From the NCBI GenBank assembly GCA_965218585.1, contig CBDCLE010000001.1:206436-270435 (forward strand): 64,000 nt of DNA, in the 5' to 3' direction. Position numbers and translations under genes: made by a program. How positions within the stretch are numbered: position 1 is the stretch's first letter; each line of letters starts with the position of its first letter. The DNA comes from Terriglobia bacterium (GTDB lineage Bacteria; Acidobacteriota; Terriglobia; 20CM-2-55-15). The notes under the pieces were generated by a model, which was given only the letters and a program-made list of their open reading frames with translations, did no database searches and had not been told where the DNA came from. Positions 1 to 11,021 of this stretch are shown one piece after another.

Positions 1-734
1 CGCCACTGCGCTCATGTGCAGAGTGGCCTGCGCGCCTGTGGCGAACTCGATCACCATTACAAATGCGTCGTCACTGGTAACCCGTTCCCCGCTGCGTTCT
101 CCTACGAAGGTAGACAGAGAGCACATTACCCGCCGCGGTTTTCCCATCCACAGTTGGACTGAATCTACAGAGTGCGAGCCCAGCGCTCCGAGCAGGCCCC
201 CTCCCCGACGCCTGTCAGACCACCAGTTCCATCCGACGTCTCCGGAGTCGGACCGCCACCCGAAATGGGACGACATTTCGGCCATTCGGATCTCGCCGAC
301 ATAGTTCTGCCGCAGAAGATCCATGAGAAACGTACGCGCCGGAAGGTAGCGGAATTCAAAGTCCACCATGGCCACGACACCGGCATCGGTTACCGCTTTG
401 AGCATTTCCTCGGCTTCGGCCGTGTCCATGGCGAACGGTTTTCGCACAGGACGTGGATTCCCCTTTTCGCCGCATAAAGAACCATGCGGTGGTGGAGATG
501 GGGTGGTGTGGTGATGCTGACCAGGTCCGGCTTCTCTGTGTCGAGCATCTCTTCGAAATCGGTGTATGCGCCAGCCACGCCGTGTTCGGCTGCTACAGCG
601 GTTGCCCGCTCGGGGCGGGCGCTGGAAAGAGCGACGACCTTTGTTCCCTTGTGAGACTGAAAGACGGGTATCTGTACCGCACCGGCGAACGACGTTCCGG
701 CAACGGCAACACGCAGCTTTCCAGATTCGGCCAC
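1..734 (-). CDS. Gfo/Idh/MocA-family oxidoreductase; runs off window start, apparent 1-nt frameshift at 439-442
   Basis: Rossmann N-terminus VAVAGTSFAG, then PDLVSITTPPHLH and HVLCE. Adding one T to the T4 run restores EKPFAMD, and the frame continues as DFEFRYLP...GGGLLGALGSH. Confidence 0.85.
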
Positions 735-753
735 GCTTCTATCTTATTAAGAA

Positions 754-839
754 AAAAGTAGGGACAGGTCACTCTTTTTGCATGGTGATTGGGAATGAAC
801 TCCTAGTTTTGGCAAAAGGAGTGACCTGTCCCTACTTTT
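754..839. repeat. GGGACAG-family long inverted repeat with 28-bp arms
   Basis: AAAAGTAGGGACAGGTCACTCTTTTTGC ... GCAAAAGGAGTGACCTGTCCCTACTTTT, 1 mismatch. Confidence 0.9.
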
Positions 840-870
840 ATCTCCTTCATGGTAAAATCTGCGGCTTCCA

Positions 871-2178
871 ATGGCCGAGATCAGTCCATTCAAGTCGCTT
901 CACTATTCAAAAGACCGAGTACCCGTGGAGCGTGTCGTCACTCAACCCTACGACAAGATTTCTCCTGAAATGCAGTCCGAATACAGGGCACGGCATCCAA
1001 ATAACCTCGTCCGTATCCTCCGTTCAGCAACGGAACCGGATCTCGATCCTGACGTCTCGCCCTACAAAAGAGCTTCAGACACGCTCGAATCATGGCGTCA
1101 GGAAGGCATCATCGAGCAGGCCGAAGAACCCTCACTGTTTGCGTACTTCCAGCGTTTTCGGACTTCAGACGATGCCGAGGTCCGGACACGAAAAGGTTTT
1201 ATCGGTTTGACACGTCTGGAGGATTACGCCAGCCAGGTTGTCTTTCCGCACGAGCGAACGCTGACCGGACCCAAGCAGGACCGGCTTGAACTGTTGCGTC
1301 ACACCGAGACACACTTCGGTCAGGTTTTCCTGCTCTATTCGGATCCTGCCGGAGTCGTCGATGCCGTCCTGGATGCAATCGCCTCCGACCCGCCTGAGGT
1401 GGAGGTTCGTGATGAGTACGATGTCGAGCACTTGCTGTGGCGCGTTTCGGATACCGAAGCAATCGGTGCCATTCAGGCAGCGATGGTGGACAAGCAACTC
1501 GTGATAGCGGACGGTCACCATAGATACGAGACGGCTCTGGCGTTCCGCGACGAGAAGAGAAGGGAAATGGGAGCCGGGAACGCCGGACCCTTCGAATGGT
1601 TGATGACCACACTGGTCAACATGGAGAGTCCCGGAATGACGATTCTTCCGACGCACCGCGTGGTCTCGAACCTGACTTCATACGAACCCGCCCGATTTAT
1701 TGAACGCGCCCGGGAGTACTTCAAAGTTTCGGAAGTCAATGACGTTGGAGGGCTGGAAGCCCGTCTGGCTCAAGCAGTCACAGGCCGGCCGACTATCGGA
1801 ATGGCTACGGCCGGAGAGAGCGGCTTTACGGTGCTTGAATTGCGGGACGGCATCGATTTTCAGACTGTTCTGCCCGATGTGACACCCGCTCAGGCCGAAC
1901 TCGACGTTGTGATCCTCCACTGGGTGGTTTTGGGAAAGTGCCTGGATATTTCAGAGGAAGACGTGCGTGGAGAGAGTTATCTGAAATACGTCCGTGGGTT
2001 GAGTGCCGCAGTGGCCCAAGTCGGTGAGGGCCGTGCGCAGGTGTGCTTCTTACTGAACCCGACGCGTATGGAACAGGTTCGGGACATTGCGCTAGCAGGA
2101 GATGTCATGCCGCAGAAATCCACCGATTTCTTCCCGAAACTCCTGTCCGGTTTAACGATGTATTCGATGGGGTCTTAG
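871..2178 (+). CDS. DUF1015 family protein
   Basis: PYD, HERTL, IADGHHRYETA, ILPTHR and MPQKSTDFFPKLLSG motifs. Confidence 0.9.
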   Translation: MAEISPFKSLHYSKDRVPVERVVTQPYDKISPEMQSEYRARHPNNLVRILRSATEPDLDPDVSPYKRASDTLESWRQEGIIEQAEEPSLFAYFQRFRTSDDAEVRTRKGFIGLTRLEDYASQVVFPHERTLTGPKQDRLELLRHTETHFGQVFLLYSDPAGVVDAVLDAIASDPPEVEVRDEYDVEHLLWRVSDTEAIGAIQAAMVDKQLVIADGHHRYETALAFRDEKRREMGAGNAGPFEWLMTTLVNMESPGMTILPTHRVVSNLTSYEPARFIERAREYFKVSEVNDVGGLEARLAQAVTGRPTIGMATAGESGFTVLELRDGIDFQTVLPDVTPAQAELDVVILHWVVLGKCLDISEEDVRGESYLKYVRGLSAAVAQVGEGRAQVCFLLNPTRMEQVRDIALAGDVMPQKSTDFFPKLLSGLTMYSMGS

Positions 2179-2185
2179 CGTTGGT

Positions 2186-3313
2186 TCACGGTTTGTTGAT
2201 GTGCCGCGGATCGGAATCGTCGGTCCATCGTTTCTTGAACATCTCTCTGAGTCCTTCCACCATCCGATCCCGATGATCGTATAGCCTTCGAAGAGTCCGT
2301 GCTTGGTGGCCGTGCAGCGAATAGGCCGTCAGAAGCGGAACCGCGACGGTTGAATCGAGGTAGCAGACGACAGCGTCGGGAAGCCGGTCCGGATCCACCT
2401 TGCCCCAGCTGACGGCTTCGGCCGGTGTCGCTCCCGACAGGCCGCCCGTGTCGGGCCGGGCGTCGGTAAACTGAAGATAGTAATCGTGGCCCTTTTCTTC
2501 CAGCCCCAGCACTTCCTGGATCTGAGGCTCGGTTTGCAGGACGAAATTTTTGGGCGATCCGCCGCCGATCAGGAGGGTGCCGCTCTTCAGGTTCTTCTGT
2601 TTTGCATCGTAGACGATTGCGGCGGTTTCGTTGACGTCGGCGTTCACGTCGATCTGGCATTTGGATCCAACCAAGGCGTTGGCTGCAACGTTCATCCCGA
2701 TCGAACTGTCTCCCGGAGAGGATGTATATATCGGAATGCCGCACTCGTGAGCCGTCGCTACCAGAGACTTGTCCTTGATGCCGAGGACGCGCTCGCGTTC
2801 CAGGACATAACCGCCGAGTTTGTAGTGAAACTCGGCTGAACTCATAGTGGTCTGGAATTCGGGCTCACCGACGACCTTTTTGATGAAATTGTCGGTTTCC
2901 ACCAGGACGTCGTACTCGAACAGGATGTCGTAGATGCGCACGACGCCTTCGTCCCTGAGCTCACGGTCATCGAGGTTGGGAGAGCCGCGATGCATTTCCA
3001 GTCCAATTCCGAAGTGGATGTCGTGATACAGGTTGGCTCCGGTCGAGACCATCCAGTCGATAAAGCCCGCCCGCATCAGAGGAACGATGGCGGCCATTCC
3101 CAATCCCGCGGGTGTCATTGCCCCCGACAGGCTGACACCGACGACGACGTCTTCGGCGAGCATCCGTTGGGTGAACAGATGACAAGCTTCGCGGAAGCGA
3201 GCGGCGTTGTAAGCGTTGAATGTTTGATCGATAAGGTCGACCAGTGAGGTGTCGGGTCCAATGGGCGGAGGATCGATGTTCTTGCCCTTCAGGAAGTGTT
3301 TGTCATGGGCCAT
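2186..3313 (-). CDS. Deoxyhypusine synthase-like protein (probable homospermidine synthase)
   Basis: [30 protein letters not shown] and EAVSWGK (active-site Lys); start placed at ATG 3313. Confidence 0.9.
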   Translation of the reverse strand: MAHDKHFLKGKNIDPPPIGPDTSLVDLIDQTFNAYNAARFREACHLFTQRMLAEDVVVGVSLSGAMTPAGLGMAAIVPLMRAGFIDWMVSTGANLYHDIHFGIGLEMHRGSPNLDDRELRDEGVVRIYDILFEYDVLVETDNFIKKVVGEPEFQTTMSSAEFHYKLGGYVLERERVLGIKDKSLVATAHECGIPIYTSSPGDSSIGMNVAANALVGSKCQIDVNADVNETAAIVYDAKQKNLKSGTLLIGGGSPKNFVLQTEPQIQEVLGLEEKGHDYYLQFTDARPDTGGLSGATPAEAVSWGKVDPDRLPDAVVCYLDSTVAVPLLTAYSLHGHQARTLRRLYDHRDRMVEGLREMFKKRWTDDSDPRHINKP

Positions 3314-3329
3314 TGGCAGGGGTCTAATG

Positions 3330-3803
3330 CTAGTACTCGAAACCGTTCTTTCGGATTCGAACCATGGGTTCGCCGTCGTCGAGCCGACCACCGTTTGTCA
3401 CTTCTCCCACGAAAACGATATGGTCTCCGGCTTCGTTTTTTTGTTTGAACTTGCACTCGAGGAAGCCGATGGCATCTGCTGGCACGGGAATTCCCGTATC
3501 GAAGGTGCGGGTTCCGAGTCCTTCAAAGGGGTCTTCGCCCTCTGGAACCCCTTTCCAGAACTTGTTGAGCGAATCTTTGCTGTCGGGGCCCATGATGGCG
3601 AGCACAAACGTCCCTGAGTTTTTGATCATCGACCGAATGGGTCGCCCCCCGGCGACGGCAACGACGATAGTCGGCGGATCGAAGCGCGCCTGCTGGACGA
3701 ATGACGCTAGCATGGCCGACTTTTGATCCCCTTCCGCAGCCGCAAGGACGAAAACGCCGCTGGGAATTAGACCGAGGCCTTGACTGACACCCTCACGATT
3801 CAT
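3330..3803 (-). CDS. Flavin reductase-like (FMN split-barrel) protein
   Basis: [18 protein letters not shown] and [11 protein letters not shown]; GAGGAG RBS upstream of ATG 3803. Confidence 0.85.
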   Translation of the reverse strand: MNREGVSQGLGLIPSGVFVLAAAEGDQKSAMLASFVQQARFDPPTIVVAVAGGRPIRSMIKNSGTFVLAIMGPDSKDSLNKFWKGVPEGEDPFEGLGTRTFDTGIPVPADAIGFLECKFKQKNEAGDHIVFVGEVTNGGRLDDGEPMVRIRKNGFEY

Positions 3804-3901
3804 CGATAATCTCCTCAGGTGATGGGGAAAAAGGGGTATTCTGACGGACTTCGGAGATGTTTTCAATAAAGCGGTGGGAGCCGGACCCTGCAGGTACGAG
3901 A

Positions 3902-5110
3902 ATGAATGAAAAGTTAGTCGAAAGTCTGCAGCAAGCTCTTCGGGCCGAAGGGCTGGATGGTTGGCTTTTCTATTGTTTTCGGGGAAGCGACCCGATCGCA
4001 GAGAACATCCTCAAGCTGGATCGTTCCCAGATTACCACCCGGCGCTGGGCGTACTTCGTGCCCACGGCGGGAGAACCGCAGAAGATTCTTCACATCATCG
4101 AGCCCCATGTTCTGGACACTCTGCCGGGAGCAGAACGCAACTATTTGGCATGGCAACAGCTCCACGAGCACCTCAGAGAGGCCCTATTGTCGAGTGCACC
4201 GGTATCGGGTGCGCCGCGTGTGGCGATGCAGTACTCCCCTCTGAATGCCATTCCATACGTGTCCCGGGTAGACGCCGGCACGGTGGAACTGGTCCGCAGT
4301 TTCGGAGTTGAGGTTGTCTCTTCGGCAGATCTGGTTCAGGTCTTCGAGGCCGTCTGGACTGACGTCCAGTTGGAGACTCACTTGTTTGCCGTCAACCATC
4401 TCCGCGAAATCGTCGATGTTGCGTTCAACGAAACGGCGCGGCGAATGAGAGACGGCATTACGACCAATGAGTTCGATATTCAGGAGTTCATCTGGGATCA
4501 ATATGCCCAGCGGGGATTGGTATCTTCAGATCGGCCCATCGTCGCGATCAACGCCCACAGCGCCGATCCTCACTACCTGCCTGATGCCGAACACTCTGCA
4601 CCTGTTCGGAAAGGCGATTTCATGCTCCTCGACATCTGGGCGAAGCAGGGGGACACCGGTGCCGTCTACGGGGACATTACCTGGACCGGCTATGTCGGTG
4701 AATCCGTTCCGGACAGACACGAAAAGATATTTCAAGTGGTGCGCCAGGGCCGGGATGCGGCTATAGAGCTGGTTCGAAATCGTCACGGGAAAGGTACCCT
4801 GCATGGCTGGGAAGTCGACGACGCGGCTCGAAGCTCGATTGCCAGCGCCGGCTACGGCGATTACTTCATTCATCGTACCGGCCATTCCATCCACGAAGAA
4901 GACCACGGCAACGGCGCCAACATCGATAATCTGGAAACCGAGGACAGCCGGAAACTCATGGCAGGCACCTGCTTTTCGATCGAACCCGGCGTGTATCTGA
5001 AAGGCGATTTCGGTGTCCGTAGCGAGGTGGATGTCTATTTGTCCCACGACGCTCCGGTGGTGACCGGCACGCCGATTCAGGAGAACGTCATACCCATCCT
5101 TGGCCGTTGA
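3902..5110 (+). CDS. M24-family (Xaa-Pro) aminopeptidase
   Basis: DPHY, LLDIWAK, DITW, HRTGHSI, SIEPGVY and GVRSE metal-binding motifs. Confidence 0.9.
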   Translation: MNEKLVESLQQALRAEGLDGWLFYCFRGSDPIAENILKLDRSQITTRRWAYFVPTAGEPQKILHIIEPHVLDTLPGAERNYLAWQQLHEHLREALLSSAPVSGAPRVAMQYSPLNAIPYVSRVDAGTVELVRSFGVEVVSSADLVQVFEAVWTDVQLETHLFAVNHLREIVDVAFNETARRMRDGITTNEFDIQEFIWDQYAQRGLVSSDRPIVAINAHSADPHYLPDAEHSAPVRKGDFMLLDIWAKQGDTGAVYGDITWTGYVGESVPDRHEKIFQVVRQGRDAAIELVRNRHGKGTLHGWEVDDAARSSIASAGYGDYFIHRTGHSIHEEDHGNGANIDNLETEDSRKLMAGTCFSIEPGVYLKGDFGVRSEVDVYLSHDAPVVTGTPIQENVIPILGR

Positions 5111-5245
5111 ATCCTGACCACTTAAGGCCCTTTTTGTGAATACCTTATCGTCTTTCGTAGGACCTGATCCGTCCTATGTGTAGGATAATCATATGAGTCA
5201 AGAATTGGGTGTAGCGTCACGTACAATCGTTTTCGAGGAGGCCTA

Positions 5246-5950
5246 ATGCGATATCTTGCGACCGCCGCCTGTATAACACTGGTGATGGTCCTGCCTGCCA
5301 GCGCGCAGTTGGACGAGAAGGTTGCTGATCGTTTCTGGGAGTCGACGAAGATTCTGGAGGCGATTGTCAGTGCTCCGGATGGGGGTATTCCTCAAGACCT
5401 GTTGCGGCGATCTGAGTGTGTCGGAGTGATTCCGGCTGTGAAGCGTGCGGCTTTCGGATTTGGAGGCCGTTACGGCCGAGGGCTCGTTGTGTGTCGAACC
5501 GAGGGCGGTACCGGGCCGTGGGGGTCCCCGTCGATGCTGTCGGTGAGCGGAGGCAGCTTCGGATTCCAGATCGGGGGCCAGTCGACCGACGTTCTGATGT
5601 TGTTTGTGACGCCTGACAGCATTGATCATCTTCTCAGGGATCAGATAACGTTGGGAGCCGACGTGTCCGTCGCTGCCGGACCCAAGGGCCGTGCGGTTTC
5701 CGCCGAAACCAGCGCGACGTTTAGAGCGGAGATACTGACGTATGCCCGGAGTCGCGGTCTGTTCGCCGGTATTTCGCTCGAAGGCGCGGTCTTGAGGCCG
5801 GACAACGATGCGAACGAAAGCCTTTATGGCAGTAAAGTAGATCCCCGCGAACTCCTCATAGACGGCAACCTGTCGATTCCTGATCCTGCCCAGACGTTCA
5901 TAGATACGTTGGCCGCGCTGGCGGCGCGTGAAGAACCCGCCAGCGAGTAA
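5246..5950 (+). CDS. SYLF (Ysc84-like) lipid-binding domain protein with signal peptide
   Basis: GGRYGRG, GGSFGFQIGGQSTD, AAGPKGR and YARSRGLFAGISLEG; GAGGAGG RBS. Confidence 0.9.
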   Translation: MRYLATAACITLVMVLPASAQLDEKVADRFWESTKILEAIVSAPDGGIPQDLLRRSECVGVIPAVKRAAFGFGGRYGRGLVVCRTEGGTGPWGSPSMLSVSGGSFGFQIGGQSTDVLMLFVTPDSIDHLLRDQITLGADVSVAAGPKGRAVSAETSATFRAEILTYARSRGLFAGISLEGAVLRPDNDANESLYGSKVDPRELLIDGNLSIPDPAQTFIDTLAALAAREEPASE

Positions 5951-6019
5951 CATCTCTCGCGACCTCCGGGGACGGCAGGCACGACCTGCCGTCCCTTTTT
6001 CTGCCATAATCGAAGAACG

Positions 6020-7024
6020 ATGTTGCCGGTTGGAAAGCCGGTTTCCATGGAGCACCTGAGGGTGGAGATGAACAACACACTCTACGACGAACTGGAGAGG
6101 GGCGCCCTTCTCTTCCAGCGAAACACGGGTCTGGTGGAAGTGAGGGGACCCGACCGCGTCAGTTGGCTCCAAGGGATGGTCTCCAACGATGTCGCGCGTC
6201 CGGGGAGCGGACAGGGTTGTTACGCCGCACACCTGAGTCCACAGGGAAAGGTCTTGTCGCAGATGGTGGTCCTGGCGAGAGAAGAAACGCTGTGGCTCGA
6301 GTTGGAGACCGACGATGTCGGCAGGGGTGTCGAGGAGTTGAACAAGCTGTTGATCATGGAAGATGCAGAAATCCTCGATCGATCGTCTCAATTCACGATT
6401 CTTTCCATGGTTGGAAACGGTGCACGCTCCCTCCTGGAAGACTTTGCCGATCAGAGTCTCGAACTTGGATCCCCGTACGCGCACCTCACGATGGGTTCGG
6501 TGGTCGTGGTTCGCGCCGAGTTGGGTTATGACCTGATCGTTCCCGCCCCCGAGGTGGGCGGACTCCGCAACACGTTCGTAGAGTCCGGGGCCGGGATCGC
6601 AGACAAGGATTTGTGGGACTGTATCCGGATCGAAGCCGGACTCGCTGCCTATGGCGCCGACGTTGATGCCAGGACGACTTTACCCGAGTTGGGGGAGAAG
6701 GGGATCGATTACGAAAAGGGCTGCTACATCGGTCAGGAAGTTGTCGCCAAGATCAAATACATTGGGCACGTAAACCGCCGTCTCATCGGTTTGAAGTTTG
6801 AAGGAGAGAAGATCCCCGCCCCCGACGCGAAGGTTAGTAGCCAAGGCCGCGATTCGGGACGGATTACCAGCAGTGTGTATTCGCCCCGGCTGCGGTCGGC
6901 GATCGCGCTGGGATATATCAGGCTCGGCGTGGACAAGCCGGGAACCGTTGTCGAAGTCGGTATTGAAGGAGACTCTCAGAAAGCAATCGTCACCGAACTC
7001 CCTTTCCTTTCTCACCAGTATTGA
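6020..7024 (+). CDS. YgfZ/GcvT-family folate-binding protein
   Basis: KGCYIGQE motif, GPDRVSWLQG, RIEAG, GRITS; start could be 6047 or 6068. Confidence 0.85.
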   Translation: MLPVGKPVSMEHLRVEMNNTLYDELERGALLFQRNTGLVEVRGPDRVSWLQGMVSNDVARPGSGQGCYAAHLSPQGKVLSQMVVLAREETLWLELETDDVGRGVEELNKLLIMEDAEILDRSSQFTILSMVGNGARSLLEDFADQSLELGSPYAHLTMGSVVVVRAELGYDLIVPAPEVGGLRNTFVESGAGIADKDLWDCIRIEAGLAAYGADVDARTTLPELGEKGIDYEKGCYIGQEVVAKIKYIGHVNRRLIGLKFEGEKIPAPDAKVSSQGRDSGRITSSVYSPRLRSAIALGYIRLGVDKPGTVVEVGIEGDSQKAIVTELPFLSHQY

Positions 7025-7043
7025 TTAGTGCCGCAAACTCTTT

Positions 7044-7117
7044 CTGTAGGTGCGCTCTATGAGCGCACGAAACATAAGGAATCGTTTGCGCTGTGCGGTC
7101 ATAGACCGCACCTACAG
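7044..7117. repeat. GTAG-type REP doublet (REPIN), copy 1
   Basis: CTGTAGGTGCGCTCTATGAGCGCAC ... GTGCGGTCATAGACCGCACCTACAG, located between convergent genes. Confidence 0.9.
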
Positions 7118-8071
7118 TTATGTCCGTGGATTGAACGTTGAGGACTTGGCGAGGTTTTCGAAGTGCTCCCGGTCGGATTCGCTGAGCTCTTTTGGGACGA
7201 CGATCTTCAACCGAACGTAGTGGTCTCCCCGGCCGCCACCCCGCCGGTTAAGGCCCTGGCCCTTGAGGCGGATGCGTTGCCCGGAACTGACTCCGGCAGG
7301 TACTTTGATATCTGCGTTTCCGTCGAGAGTGGAGACTTCCATCGTCGTTCCAAGCGCGGCTTCCCAGGGCGCGATTGGGACTTCGATCTCTGTGTCATCT
7401 CCATCCACCAAAAACCGTGATCCGGGCTCCATCTTCAGACGAATGTAAAGATCGCCCCCATCGACGCTACCTCCCGGCACGCGGATACGGCTGCCGTCCC
7501 GTGCGCCGGCAGGTATCCGGACGTCCACACTTTTCTGCTGGTTATTGACCCGCAGGTTCAGTTTTCGCGTCGTGCCTCGATGCATCTGATCGAGAGGCAG
7601 GCCCAGCTCAGTTTCTACCTGTTGGCGGTTTTGCCGGCGGCCTCGGGCGCGAGTGCCACCTCCACTGCCACTCGCAGCCGGTCCTCCGCCCATCCTCCCA
7701 AAAATAGCTTCGAAGAAATCACTGAAACCGCCTCGGCTCGAACCGAACCCACCGCCTCTTCCGCCCAGAATGTCGCCGATATCGAAATCGGTCTGGAAAC
7801 CGCCGCCCTGCCATCCGGGTGGAGGGGTAAAATCAGCCCCGGCCTTCCAATTGGGTCCAAGCTGGTCATAGCGTTGGCGCTTGCCCGAGTCGGCGAGGAC
7901 TTCGTAGGCTTCCTGGATTTCTTTGAACTTTTCCTCGGCGGCCTTGTCGTTGGGGTTGACATCGGGGTGATACTTGCGCGCAAGCTTCCTGTACGCCTTC
8001 TTGATCTCTTCCGCGCTAGAGGTTCGTCCGACTCCGAGCGTTTCGTAATAATCCTTAAACTTAAGGGCCAT
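7118..8071 (-). CDS. cbpA: DnaJ-class co-chaperone / curved DNA-binding protein (no Zn finger)
   Basis: J domain with HPD, G/F-rich linker, FSDFFE, PWEAALG. Confidence 0.85.
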   Translation of the reverse strand: MALKFKDYYETLGVGRTSSAEEIKKAYRKLARKYHPDVNPNDKAAEEKFKEIQEAYEVLADSGKRQRYDQLGPNWKAGADFTPPPGWQGGGFQTDFDIGDILGGRGGGFGSSRGGFSDFFEAIFGRMGGGPAASGSGGGTRARGRRQNRQQVETELGLPLDQMHRGTTRKLNLRVNNQQKSVDVRIPAGARDGSRIRVPGGSVDGGDLYIRLKMEPGSRFLVDGDDTEIEVPIAPWEAALGTTMEVSTLDGNADIKVPAGVSSGQRIRLKGQGLNRRGGGRGDHYVRLKIVVPKELSESDREHFENLAKSSTFNPRT

Positions 8072-8133
8072 CGCATACTGTTATATAGCTCGGGTAGGGT
8101 GAATTCCAGTATCAGAGGAGGAAACGGGAATTT

Positions 8134-8955
8134 TCAGATCGAGACTTCGAGGCCTTCACGGGCCGCGATCACATCGGGATGGAGCCTGGAAGCTTCCTCG
8201 CGGATGGAGGCGATGACGCTGTCATCGTGGTAAGGGTCGTGGTGGAACAAGACGATTTTCTTGGCGTTGGCGGCGACGCCGCTTTCGACTGATTGCTTCC
8301 ATGTGCTGTGTCCCCAACCCTCATGATCGGGGTACTCTTCCGGAGTGTACTGGGCGTCTACGATGAGGCAATCCGCATCCTGAGCCAGATCCCTGAAGTT
8401 GTTTTCGCTCCACTCCGGACCGCGTTCCACATCCGTGCAATAGGAAATAACCTTATCGCCCTGCGTAATTCGGTATCCGACACAGCCCTGCGGATGGTTC
8501 AATTTCTTCACGAGGATCGTCGTGTCTGCGACACGGAAAGTTCCTTCCACCAGATCGATATAGTCACGGATGCATGGCAGCTTGGACATGTCGACAGGGA
8601 AGTAGGGATTCGCCATGATCCCGGCTAACGCGTCCATCACAAGGTTTGCGTCGCGTCGCCCGGCAAAGTAGAAGGTGAAATGATTTTCCTCCTCATAGAG
8701 TGGTGTGAAGAAGGGAAGACCCTGAATGTGATCGATATGGAAGTGACTGAAGAACACGTGAGCCCGAATGCGCGAACCGTCGAATTCCTTTTCGAGTTCT
8801 TTACCCAACAATCGGATGCCGGTGCCTCCGTCAAAGATCAGAATTTCGTTGCCGTCGGTCCGTACTTCGACACAGGAGGTATTCCCGCCATATTCCAGGT
8901 TGTCTCGCTGTGGAGTCGGCGTGGAGCCGCGAACTCCCCAGAATCGAACGCGCAT
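8134..8955 (-). CDS. MBL-fold metallo-hydrolase
   Basis: FWGVRGS, YGGNTSC, SHFHIDHIQG, GWGHS, FHHDP. Confidence 0.9.
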   Translation of the reverse strand: MRVRFWGVRGSTPTPQRDNLEYGGNTSCVEVRTDGNEILIFDGGTGIRLLGKELEKEFDGSRIRAHVFFSHFHIDHIQGLPFFTPLYEEENHFTFYFAGRRDANLVMDALAGIMANPYFPVDMSKLPCIRDYIDLVEGTFRVADTTILVKKLNHPQGCVGYRITQGDKVISYCTDVERGPEWSENNFRDLAQDADCLIVDAQYTPEEYPDHEGWGHSTWKQSVESGVAANAKKIVLFHHDPYHDDSVIASIREEASRLHPDVIAAREGLEVSI

Positions 8956-9079
8956 GAAGCGCTCCCCTCCTCAAGAAGCGGCAGTATATAGCAGGCCGCG
9001 GTAAAACACACCCGAACAGATTACTTTTCCGATGGGTCGGAGCTTAGGCCGACGTTTCATTTTCAATGATGCCTAAAGG

Positions 9080-10234
9080 TCATATTTCGAGCAACTTCGG
9101 AAAGCGAACCAGGTTCTTGCATTGTGCCTCGCCGACGACAACGACGTCTTCCAGACGCACACCGCCCATTCCCGAGTAGTAGAGCCCCGGTTCGACGGTG
9201 ACCACCTGATTTTTTCGAAACCTGTTGCGTGCCCTCAGACCAAAGAAAGGCGCCTCGTGGATGTCGAGACCAAGGCCGTGTCCCGTACCGTGAAAGAAGC
9301 CCTGCATCCGACCATCCTGGAGCCCGGTCTGAAATCCACGGCTCCGGAAATAGCTGAGGATGTCCTGGTGGATCTTGTAGGCGCTGCTGCGGGAACGGAT
9401 GTTTCTGAATCCGATCTTCTGAGCTTCGGCGACTGCGTGGTAGGCCTGCTTCAGCCGTTCTGAGGCCCGCCCGCGAACAACGGTGCGCGTCATATCTCCG
9501 AAGTAGCCTGTTTTTTGCGATCTTGGGAAGATGTCGATGATGACGGACGTGTGTGCGCGAATCGGTCCGCTGCCTTCGTTGTGAGGGTCCACGGCATGAT
9601 CCCCGGAAGACACGATCGTATGGCTTGGAACCCATCCCCGCTCCATGATTGTCGTGTTGATGATGGCTTTCAATATTTCCGACGTCAGTCGTGTGCCGTC
9701 CAGGTTCAGATAGCCGTTTCTCAAAATGTTTGCTCTCCGGAGTGCGGCGATTCCCGCTTCCATGCCGGCTTCGGCAACACGCAGCGAGTTGCGGATGTGA
9801 CCGATCTCCTCCTGCGTTTTTATCTCCCGCTGGCTCCAGAACGTTCCGTCTTCCACTCTAAGAGAAATGCCCAACCCTCGCAGCTCGTCCGCCAGCGAAA
9901 TGGGGAAGTTCCAGGGGACGCGCACTTTCTTGATCCTGAAGTCTCGGAAGACTTCATCGAGAAGCTGTCCTGTTGAGGGGAATGTAATGCCCCGTGAACT
10001 CAATCTTTCGACGTACTCACTCTGGGCGAGTACGTGATCCACGGTGGCCTGTTCCCGTGCCCGGTCTAACTCTAGATCGCTCATTACGACGTATCGCCGT
10101 CCGTTCTTTGTGAAGAATATGAACGGGTCGGGGGTGAACATTCGAGTGGCCCAGAGGAGGTTGGCGTCCGTGTCGCTGGCGGCGACGATCAGTCGCGCGT
10201 CAGTGGGCCGTGATGCCGTGGTATATTGAGCCAT
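9080..10234 (-). CDS. M24-family Xaa-Pro peptidase
   Basis: DPH, IIDIFP, DMTRT, HGTGHGLGLDIHEAP, TVEPGLY, GVRLED. Confidence 0.9.
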   Translation of the reverse strand: MAQYTTASRPTDARLIVAASDTDANLLWATRMFTPDPFIFFTKNGRRYVVMSDLELDRAREQATVDHVLAQSEYVERLSSRGITFPSTGQLLDEVFRDFRIKKVRVPWNFPISLADELRGLGISLRVEDGTFWSQREIKTQEEIGHIRNSLRVAEAGMEAGIAALRRANILRNGYLNLDGTRLTSEILKAIINTTIMERGWVPSHTIVSSGDHAVDPHNEGSGPIRAHTSVIIDIFPRSQKTGYFGDMTRTVVRGRASERLKQAYHAVAEAQKIGFRNIRSRSSAYKIHQDILSYFRSRGFQTGLQDGRMQGFFHGTGHGLGLDIHEAPFFGLRARNRFRKNQVVTVEPGLYYSGMGGVRLEDVVVVGEAQCKNLVRFPKLLEI

Positions 10235-10237
10235 ATC

Positions 10238-10963
10238 ATGTCGAAAACAGCGGGAATCGTTGTCATCGGGAACGAGATCCTGTCTGGCCGAACCCGGGAC
10301 GAAAACGCTGCTTATTTTCTAAAAGAGCTCCGCAGTCTGGGCGTCGACGTGCGCAGGGTGTCGGTGATCCCAGACGAACTCCCGGCTATCCGGGACGAAA
10401 TCCGAAGCGCCTCCATACAGTTCGATTATGTTTTCAGTTCGGGCGGCGTCGGCCCGACGCACGACGACGTTACCATCGCGGGTATTGCCGCAGCGTTCGA
10501 ACGGGGTATCTGCCGAAGTCCCGAACTGGAAACGACACTCCGGGGATACTATCAGGAGAACTTGACCGACGCTATGCTGCGGATGGCCAACGTTCCTGAA
10601 GGCTTTTCGCTCGTACAGGACAACAGGATGTGGTTTCCGGTGATCCTCGTAGAGAACGTCTATATCTTTCCCGGCGTGCCCGAGATCCTGGCTTCCAAGT
10701 TCGAACACATCAAGGAAATCTTTCGTGAGGATCCCTACTTTACCGAGGATATGTTTCTGACTGTGGAGGAAGGCCATATCGCCGACGTTTTGCACGAAGT
10801 CCTGGAGAGGTTTCCCGACCTGCTCCTGGGTTCCTATCCCACGTTCACCAATCCGAACTACAGTGTCAAACTCACGCTGGAGTCCAAGAGTCAGGACTAC
10901 CTCGACGGTGCCCGCCAATTTCTCGTCGAGCGCCTGGGGGCACGTTCCATTGTTCCGCTCTGA
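10238..10963 (+). CDS. CinA N-terminal / molybdopterin-binding domain protein
   Basis: IGNEILSG, SGGVGPTHDDVT, PGVP. Confidence 0.9.
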   Translation: MSKTAGIVVIGNEILSGRTRDENAAYFLKELRSLGVDVRRVSVIPDELPAIRDEIRSASIQFDYVFSSGGVGPTHDDVTIAGIAAAFERGICRSPELETTLRGYYQENLTDAMLRMANVPEGFSLVQDNRMWFPVILVENVYIFPGVPEILASKFEHIKEIFREDPYFTEDMFLTVEEGHIADVLHEVLERFPDLLLGSYPTFTNPNYSVKLTLESKSQDYLDGARQFLVERLGARSIVPL

Positions 10964-11021
10964 TTCGAACTCTCAGTTTTCGACTATTTTCGGATCGGGA
11001 TGACGGTCCCGTCATGGAAGA

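Noticed and set aside
439-442. Programmed ribosomal frameshifts at the split genes
   Set aside because: No slippery heptamer or stimulatory structure; simple homopolymer deletions explain them.
5243-6484. Long antisense or alternate-frame ORFs (also 18155-19318, 61902-63017, 42892-43704, 24043-24840)
   Set aside because: They overlap well-supported genes and carry no recognisable motifs; typical shadow ORFs of GC-rich DNA.
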